A DNA stretch of 64,000 bases, from contig NC_042997.1 in NCBI RefSeq assembly GCF_006345805.1, forward strand, positions 35,340,001 through 35,404,000, written 5' to 3'. Below are positions 54,566 through 64,000 of the stretch, piece by piece. This DNA is from Octopus sinensis. Lineage: Eukaryota. The notes under the pieces were generated by a model. That model worked only from the letters and a program-made list of their open reading frames with translations. It did no database searches and was not told where the DNA came from. How positions within the stretch are numbered: the stretch's first letter is position 1; each line of letters starts with the position of its first letter. A program made the translations under genes and the position numbers.

Positions 54566-56499
54566 ATCTATAGTCTACTAATTAAATAACATCTCAAATT
54601 TTTCTCATTTTAGTCAGAGTTAGTAATTTAAAATCGACTCAGAAAGTTATTAAAAATAAATATTTTTTTACGAGTATTCAAGCTGAGAAATTTCAAACAA
54701 TATCTGTTACATATACAACTACCAGTAACAGAAGTGATGTCTTACAATCATATACCCTCATTTCAGTCTCGTGATAAAAGCTTTCGCTTTAATCAGTGTA
54801 AAGTGTCGTGCATATTACACCAAGTATGCTAAAGACCAATTTACTGATGAGATGTTCATTGGCTGATTCACATTTGATTGGAACATATTCACTTCCATAG
54901 TTACAAATATATGTAGTGCCTCATACTTTCTATACACATGTACGCACACAACATATCCGCGCACGTCTATACAAGCATGCATACGTACATACACACATAC
55001 AGACACACATACATTCATACCTATCCACACACACATATATATGTTCTTACACTTTGCTGTCAACTCTAGCCATATTTCCAATAGATAAATATGACAGTAA
55101 AAGTAGTATGTTTTTATAAGGAGACTGTGTCATTCTCTTAAATATATTGTTGTGCTGGGAATATTATCACTTCACAGGAGCGACATCGAAACCATCAAAA
55201 TAGCTTGTTCGTATTGTTAAAGTCTTTAATCTGATAACTTGTCCTGGGAAAATGAAAGCATTTGCCGAATATTTAATTAGTATCCAATTTCATTGTTTCT
55301 AGGCTTGTAATACATCTAATTTTCTTACCTAGTGTTACATAGACGACTGACATTACTATTAGTCTTCCATGCTATACATCAATAGAATCTGAATAGAATA
55401 TTCGAATTGAACAGCGTTAACTCGGTTTTGAAGAGGTGAATTTTATCTGAAGTCAGAAATGCATTAGTAGACTTTGGATTTCACTTTATTCTAGCCATAA
55501 AGAGATAGAATTGTACATTTAATGCTTGTAACAACTCTATTGTTATTTAAGTTTCGGCAAGTAATATCAATAATTTTCAGTTTAGGTGAAATAAATCTAA
55601 TGAGCTCATTTATGTAAAAGTTAGTAGAAGTTTGGTGTGAAGCAGCAATTTAGTACATACAATAGGAGAAAAAAAATGCTGTTACCGATCGTTACTAAAC
55701 GGATAACAGCAAAGCGATCATTTGTTAAAGTTATGAAGTTAATTAATGATCCTTTACTTTATCTGCACTGAGTTAATAACTTTCCAAGTCGTTGACCTGT
55801 TTCAAATATGGAATTAATAATTGATTACGGTTGACATTAGGGGCTCTTATAAAGTCAGAACTCGTCCTTCATGGGTATAAATTAAGGACAGTTCAACGGT
55901 GTTACAATACCATAATAGAAAATTAAACAAAAGTATTCTGACAAAGAATGTATAACAGAACGAAAACACAGACGTTTCGGCTAAATAATTTCAGTACCAT
56001 CTCCAGTCAGCCATTAGTTAGTAATATAAGTCACGGCGAAAGCTGATATATTTAAAGCATCAAACGTTTCTTTAAATTAAAATCACTTAACGCACAATAT
56101 CTATTTTTCTGCTGTTTTAATAGCCGTAGCATTTATCATATGGTATCTATGGTAAAGAGTTTTGAAGAGAAATTGCAATGAAATTACTTCCTGTGCAAGT
56201 TGGCAGTACGAAGCAGCGGAGGTTAAGAGCATCTCATCTAGCAGTAAAAAGAACAAAAAAAAAAAAAGAAAGAAAAATAAAGAAAAATAGAAGGAAACTG
56301 CGTCTTTTATGCGAATGAAAGATAAACTAAATTGAAACGAACTAATATTTGCATCGTTGGTGTTTAATTATGTGTCCTTTGAGAATGTATATATTTTAAA
56401 TTGCTATTGATTTAAAGTAACAATCTGCAACATTATCTTATATTACCTTTTCTATTCAATCTTATCCCCCACAATATCAAGTATCTATAATCTTTTTCG

Positions 56500-56500
<1 letters not shown>

Positions 56501-56551
<51 letters not shown>

Positions 56552-56577
56552 TATTATTATTACTATTATTATTATTG
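56501..56577. repeat. (ATT)n microsatellite
   Basis: Direct reading. Confidence 0.95.
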
Positions 56578-57754
56578 CTTTTGTTGCTTTTCTCGTTGTT
56601 CATGCCTTTTTTATTTGTTGTTGTAGTTATTGCGAATATTATACCAAGTAGAAATGCTTTGTGTAAAACACCATCATATATAATCAACGTAAAAAAATAA
56701 GATATCTACAGGAAATACATACGTAAATATTTTCGAGACGATAGATACAAATGTTATTTGCGGGAAATACATTTCATGGAATTATTACAAGACCAAAACT
56801 TGCGAATATGTCTGTTGGAATTTCTTAGTCCGAAATTTAATACATTTTGATGATTATTATTTTTCTTCGAGTGATGAGCAATTTCGTTTATATCTTAACC
56901 TGATTGATACAAGGAACCCACAGGGAATATAGGGTAGAAAGGACAACACACACTTCATTAATTCCACTGACGTCTAATATTTTGAAGCACCCATCCCTTC
57001 TGATCATGCGTATATATCGACTTTGAATGCGATCCCCCCCCCAAAAAAAAAATTTAAAGTTAATTTTAAAACCGAAAGAGTCGAGTGATACTATAAAGTC
57101 AGCGGATAAATATATTTATACCGTGTCTATAGGAGGGTAGAAACTAAGTGACAGCTCTGTTTTGTCTTCCATTTTTTTCTGGCAGTTCAAAATACATATG
57201 TAAGGTATTTAATTCCTTTAATCAGTCTAGTCGTAATGCATGTGAATATACACACGCACACGCACATATACACACGCAAAACACACACATGCACCCCCCC
57301 ATATATAATATATATTTATATATATATATATATATATACACAATTGACACATATAATATATAATAAATATAGTTAAAACAGAAAATTCGCCGCTAGGAAG
57401 AGCGCCAGCAAAAGAGATCTTTAGAGAAAGAACACCCACCCGAAAAGTGTTTCGACCCTTATACCTGCCACTTTATGAGAGTCGGGCCAACCCAGGCCGT
57501 GATTCCTAAGTGTTCTTCTGTTGCTTCCCGACATCATGTCTGCAGCGGGATTTGAACCTGGGTCGTTGTTTTCTTGAGCTTCTGTTCCAAGATCTGTGTT
57601 TCAGCCTAGTAGAACAATCTTTGCAAACTCACCGTATATGCTTATCTTAAAAATGTGTTGCTTTTCTATGCGGCTCTGGTATGGCATTCACAATCCAATG
57701 AGAATAACTTTGGCACATTCATCAGACCATAAGACAATGTCTTGATTCGAGGAG

Positions 57755-57892
57755 AGGGTGTTTGACTGGTACTTATTTCTTCGACACCGAAATGTTGAAG
57801 GTCAACAAAACACTGGCATCCAGAATATAATGAGCCTGAACAAATGCCGCGAAGCAATTGCTTCGGCGTGGAAAACAATTCTGCCAGCACGT
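57755..57892 (-). mobile_element. Degenerate family C SINE
   Basis: gactggtacttattt..cgacaccgaaa...gaagcaattgcttcggcgtg..aattctgccagc is the reverse complement of the 30445 unit. Confidence 0.65.
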
Positions 57893-60800
57893 TCTATATT
57901 GTTTGTATAATATACAGTGCGTTTAGACGTTTTGTAAACCACTTGTTTTGCTTGACTGATATAGTCTACTTATATGTACGTGGCCTTAGCTAGCACTCTA
58001 ATGAGACTGACTAAAACAGCGCGATTCTATATTTTTGACTTAATATTTAGCTTTTATAAAATACATAAAATCGCAAAATGTAGATTTATTGTTCACGTAT
58101 TTTTTTCTTGAATATCAGCTCAGATTGAGGAGATTGATTAAAACTGTTCGGGTCATGGTTATTTCACTTTCTTTCACGCATATATAATGGAATTAAATAT
58201 GCTCGAAAAGTCTTTAGATCATGCTTTATGTAATGTCTGAGATGTGTTTCAGAATCGCGAGGTACGTGGTCTCTTGAAGGTTGGCATGTTGATTTACGTT
58301 GCTCTAATCCTCTCAGCTGTAGTTGAGTTATTTTTTGACTTAAAGTGGCTACTCTGAATATTAGGGCAGCGTCTTATTATTTCGTTGTCTCAAAAACTCT
58401 TGGGGTTTATGTTACACTGTATGATGTTCATGACGACGACGACGACGATGATGGTGAAGATGATGATCTTGAGGATGATAGTATCCCGGAGGTGATAATC
58501 AGGCACAGTGAAATTTGATGTAGCTTTGTTTATCATCATTTGTACCAGTCCATGCAACCACGAAGAATCTCATTTCTTGATATATCAGAAGTGTGATTTG
58601 TGTTCTACCTGGCATTACTAAAAATGCTTAAAAGAAAGAAACCACGTTGCTCTAATAACGGTAATATTTAAATCTATCTACATGTACGTGTATTACTGCT
58701 GCGTATATGAATTAACACATCTAAATAAATATAAAATTCACCATCTAATTCAGCAATTTAGATTTAATAAAACGTTATCTAGATGTAATACTGTAAGATG
58801 TGAGTCCATAAATCTATCAATATGACATAAAATTACGACTAGTAATTTTATTTCTATACATGTTCGATTACATCAAAGGTTTGTTAAATTCACAAGCATT
58901 AATTACGAGTTCTAGTTGATTATATTTGATCTTTGCTTTACGCTACAGAAAAAGTAAACATATATATACACTAAATGTCTAAGACCCGATCAGATTAAAG
59001 ACTCACTTTTGTCCGATTTTAATCGAAAATTGCATCCATAGACATTCTAGCTTGCATTTTGATTAGATCTCCCAAACCATTGATGGTAACTTGCATATAT
59101 ATCTACTTTCCTAAGTTTTTATCTATGTGGATATTTAAATGCATACGAATATGCTCACACACAGATATGCACACACTTATGCATACACTCATGCTCATGT
59201 GTATATATGTGTACGGTCTGTTAATGGGATATTAATACATGTTAACATATATATATGTATAATATATGTATATATATATATATATATAATATATTATATT
59301 ATATATATTATATATATATTATATATAACACATATTTATATAAATCTACATACATTATTTATATATATATAATATATATATTATATATGTATGTATGTAT
59401 ATATTCCATTCTTTTGGTACTTGTAAACCGATTTCACTTTTGAGTTTTCGATAAAGTGCTAAGACATTCACATCGTGGTACAATCAAAATATGAATTCGA
59501 AACGCATTCAATATTGTAGAAGTTTTAATATACTTTCTTCTAAGTGTACATCGAGTATCAAATTATTTCCTGATGCATTTATGTACATCAAGCTAATGCA
59601 AGTCTGTGAAGTCAGCTTCTGAGATTCATTCTAGACACGCTGATTATTTCGATATAGTCTATATTCTTAACAGTTCATACAACTCTCTTTCTTTCTCTGT
59701 CTGATTCTCTGCCTTGCTGTGTGGACCTCTCTCTCCCGCACACATTCATACACATAAGTTCGACGAAGGTGTCTCAGTTCTCAATACATTTCGAAAAACA
59801 GCACTACCTTCATATCAAACGCTACAATTTTATAGAAATCAGGAAGGAAATTTTGCATCATGTAGCTATGTCTACCATCATAAAAGTTGCGATGGCCATA
59901 GATGGAATGATTATGATCAAAGTACTGCTTGGTGTGCATCAGCCTACTTTATCTTACTTATACTTATTTTCCTTTGTTATATAGAAAGAGATAGATAAAT
60001 ACATAGTCAAGCAGCGTATTACGTCACACATGTGATACAAGAAGAGAAAAGCGAATGTAAATGTGCGTTGACTGTATTTGAAATAAAGCGAGAAGGATAA
60101 ATAAATGAACACACACACTCTCTCTCTCTCTCACACACACACCTAATGTAATCTGTGAGTGTATGGCTGTGTGATTGCGTATATATATATATATATATAT
60201 ATATAATTATATATATATATATATACATACATATACTTGTACATTTTAATATATATATATGATATAGTATATATATATATATACATACATATACTTGTAT
60301 ATTTGTATATATATATATTATATATATATCAGATGGATTGAAAGTAAATGCTATGACATTTAAATACATTTAAGATGATAAAACGAATCTACGAAATCAT
60401 TTAAATATAAATATATTACAATACTTAAAAGAAAGGAGAGGAAAAAGTCCTAACAAATTTGAAGGAATATAATAATGCATTAACAAAAAGCAAGACCAAT
60501 TACTAAAAACCTGATATTTGGCTGATTAGACTTAATTACAGATATAAGGGCAAAGATAACAATGAAGAACGTCAGAAAGATGATGGTAAACAATTAGAGA
60601 TTAAAACTAATTATTTAGATGAATAAAATTTATTATAAGAAATTTCGAAGGAGTAGAAGAAGGAATAAATTTAGAAAAAAAAAATTAACTCATATTGTAG
60701 GAATATATGTAAATATATTATCCGGCAATGTATGTGTAGATGACTATAGATTTCTTAGACGAAATAGCCAAGATGTAGAAAAGGCTGAATGTGAGCGGGG

Positions 60801-60928
60801 AAAGACACATACCGTAAGGTCATGTGAAAATAAAAAAGAAGATAGAAACTGAAAGGGAGGTTGAGATGGAGAATGGGAGTGAGAGAATCAGATTGTGTTA
60901 AGTGATGTAGAATAGAAAGGGACATATT

Positions 60929-61145
60929 CTTTTACTGTTTTACTCTTTTACTTGTTTCAGTCATTTGACTGAGGCCATGCTGGAGCACCTCCTTTAGTCG
61001 GGCACATCGACCAGAGGACTTATTGTTTGTAAGCCTAGTACTTATTCTATCGGTCATTTGTCGAACCGTTAGCTTACGGGGCCGTAAACGCAATAGCATT
61101 GGTTTAAGCGATGTTGGAAGGGGGAAAAAGCATACACACATACAG
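60929..61145 (-). mobile_element. 3' half of a family A SINE
   Basis: ttttactcttttacttgtttcagtcatttgactgaggccatgctggagcacc. Confidence 0.9.
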
Positions 61146-61172
61146 AGCCACACCTGCTTATTATATATATAT

Positions 61173-61204
<32 letters not shown>

Positions 61205-61283
61205 CGTATATATATTTATGTATTTAATATACGTATATATACATATCTATATCTATATATCCATCTATCTATCTATCTATCTA

Positions 61284-61344
<61 letters not shown>

Positions 61345-61349
<5 letters not shown>

Positions 61350-61534
61350 TATCCAAACAAGAAAACAACAAAGCAAGGACGTGGAACAAATAAAGTATAT
61401 TGGACGCTCAGGAAGAAGGGAAGAAGGAGGGTTTGACGTTTCGAGCGGAGCTCTTCGTCGGAAACATAGGAGAAGGAAAGATCCGGAGAAGGGAAGACAG
61501 GGGGAAAAAAATCGCTAGTGGTACAGACGAGGTC
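61345..61534 (-). mobile_element. Short non-coding repeat resembling a Penelope pseudo-LTR, containing a minimal hammerhead
   Basis: Pyrimidine-rich minus strand with the hammerhead motif at 61431-61465; ends at a (TA)n tract. Confidence 0.6.
61431..61465 (-). ncRNA. Minimal type I hammerhead ribozyme-like motif
   Basis: GTTT CCGACGA A GAGC TCC GCTC GAAA CG TC AAAC: stem I GUUU/AAAC, stem II GAGC/GCUC, GAAA, palindromic ACGU in place of stem III and a GUC cleavage triplet. Core U4 is C. Confidence 0.65.
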
Positions 61535-61810
61535 GGCGCAATGGTTAGCGCAGCGGACTCGCGGTCGTAGGATCGTGGTTTCGATTCCCAGACCGGTCAT
61601 TGGGAGTGTTTATTGAGATAAAACACCTAAAAAAGCTCCACGAGGCTCCGGCAAGGGGTGGTGATCCCTGCTGTACCCTTTCACCACTCTTTCTTCTGTT
61701 GGCCTTAGCTAGCGGGGTGGCGTCATTCGAAGGCTAAAACAATGCGAACGCATTGTGACCAGCGATGTGTAACTACATCTGATGGACTGATCGGTCACGT
61801 GATCACGTGA
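61535..61810 (+). mobile_element. tRNA-derived SINE family B
   Basis: ggcgcaatggttagcgcagcggactcgcggtcgtaggatcgtggtttcgattcccagacc; collinear with 47030-47337. Confidence 0.92.
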
Positions 61811-62473
61811 TATATATATATATGTTATACTCATGTATTTATGTCTGTGCCTTGGTTTGAAAATTAATATTTAGTGTAACAAGAAAAAAAGAAAGAAAAT
61901 GATCCTAAACGTAAAAATAATAACTTTCTCCAACTGTAGAACTGTACCAATTACAAAAGCACTAATAGCTTTAATAAATGCTTTAATGTTAATAACTCTC
62001 TTGCCATATACTTGTAATCAATGGGGACATTACTACTACTTGCTCTCTTAAATAATCTTTACAAAATTAATCAACCACAATAAAATGTAACACATCATAC
62101 CCTATGTCGAATAGTAATTGATTAAGCGATGAAAATTGAATGTTCACCAATATTTCAAAACAAAATTTTCATTTACTTGCATACCATATGGACACACCGA
62201 GTCAGGCATACACATATACAAACATTGATATACAAAACATATAGATATATTCACACGCAATGTGGTGAGAAAATTTATGAATGGATGTTCTTTGTAAATT
62301 CTCGAACTTTTTTTATGTATCCAGTATTTCTTAATTTGATTTTATAGTGGCATACTTTCATTTCTGATTTTTATGACATACAGTCACTCCATCCGCATTG
62401 ATATAAGTACAACTCTTTCTGTCTGTTTGTTTGTCTGTCTGTCTCTCTCTTTCTCTCTCTCACTATAATGTAT

Positions 62474-62547
<74 letters not shown>

Positions 62548-64000
62548 CATACACACACTTTTATGCAATAGTGCATTAGGTTTTACAGCATTTAGTAATT
62601 GTATTTAAATTTTTAACCAGGGCCATTCACGGTTGAAACTTTAAAATTTTCGATTTTTTTCCTAATGAACGACTGTACTGCGATTTTATTGGAATCAGCT
62701 ATCGCTTTAATGTGCTATGGTAGAGCCGTAAACTAGTTTTCACTATTAGAACAGCAATAAAGAAATTTACTTATTGAAGTAGTTGCTTACTTTTTACTCT
62801 GATTTTTACTTCATTACTGTATTAGGCCGTCTCCTCATTTTTCCAAAAAATTACACCAGCAAACTCTAGACTTTGCCAAAATATATCAATACAAAATAAA
62901 TATATAAGCAGCCTCGCATACGCGGAACTCAGACACCGGATAAATACAAACTGATTGACCGACTGACTGACTGACCACTACTACTATTGTCGCCGCTATT
63001 ACTAAGACTATCACATCCTGTATTATAATTGATCCTAACTTTGGTATTAAATCAGTAAGTTGGTGATAGGTGTTAGTCGAAACAGGATTGCAGTACTTGG
63101 CTGGTACTTTATCTTTCTATCCTTAAATGTAATCGAGTTACTCACTCGCCCGGAATTGCTGGTCTTGTGCCAAAATTTGAAATCAAACGTTTAGTTGCAA
63201 ATTTGAACTCTGTAGTATTTCAACTCTGTATGTTTACACAATTCAACGATTATCGATTTAGTATTAAGCTGAAAAGTGTGCATAACTCACCACAGTCTCC
63301 AGAGTAATAGAACCTATACATTTATTCAATTCACTTGAAGGATGACCGATATTCTCGAATTTGGTAAGAGATAGATAATCGAGCCTAGAATTAGAGGCTA
63401 TATTTGTTCTGTTGTCATATCAATACTTATTTTTGCACAGGCACATCAGAAAAAAAAAAAACTTGTATTAACTTGCTGTCATTTTAGATTCCGAGTTCAC
63501 GTCCGACTGGTGTCGAATTTTCTCTTCTTATTGAAAGATTGACAAAAAAGCCACTGTGATACACAACGCTTCTCATGAAACTTACACTGCAGTAATGCTA
63601 AAAATGTATTATTTAGATAATTGTTGTTGCTAGAATGAGAAATACATTTTGTTGTGTCATTCCATTCCACTCTGAGATCTACCTATGACATTTCTGCCAC
63701 TTTTCTCGACCTCTAAGGTTTCAACGACCACCAGAAACTCACCGACTGCTCCACTATTATCAACAAAACAACCACCCCTTATATAGCTGATGAGTATTCT
63801 AAATTGTACAAGAAATAGTCATTATAGATAAACACTTGACTGAATCAATGGTGTGTAAAGGAAAAGTGAAGTACACGGACAACTCTCTTTGTTTAAATGA
63901 TTTCGTCTAGTAGTTAAGTTTATTTGCTAAATAATACGCCAATGATCACAATATTGATATTGTTTGATCTGACTCCAAAGAGTAGTTAAACGAAGGGTGT

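Noticed and set aside
63780-63826. CTGATGA...GAAA hammerhead-like string
   Set aside because: Stem II is only 3 bp, with two extra bases before GAAA, and stem I pairing is poor. Expected by chance.

Overview
This is AT-rich, repeat-dense eukaryotic DNA, intergenic or intronic. The SINE families and very high microsatellite load point to an octopus or other coleoid cephalopod genome; this is recognition from memory, not a database result. No intact protein-coding gene is supported, and most ORF-track entries are translations of (TA)n, (TG)n, (ATGT)n or (AAT)n repeats. The mobile-element content is: several tRNA-derived SINE families; two Penelope-like GIY-YIG relics; three RLE-type (R4/Dong-like) LINE relics; L1/Tx1-like ORF1 and endonuclease fragments; Tc1/mariner relics, including a DD37D fragment inside a 1.29-kb tandem duplication; and a probable Chapaev3-like relic. 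The most interesting signal is a set of unrelated short non-coding repeats that each carry a minimal hammerhead-ribozyme-like fold. One sits in a 400-bp palindrome and one lies downstream of a tRNA-like head, both in a window with Penelope relics. A second signal is a 3' motif shared between a SINE tail and an RLE-LINE tail. All alignments were done by eye, so boundaries are approximate.
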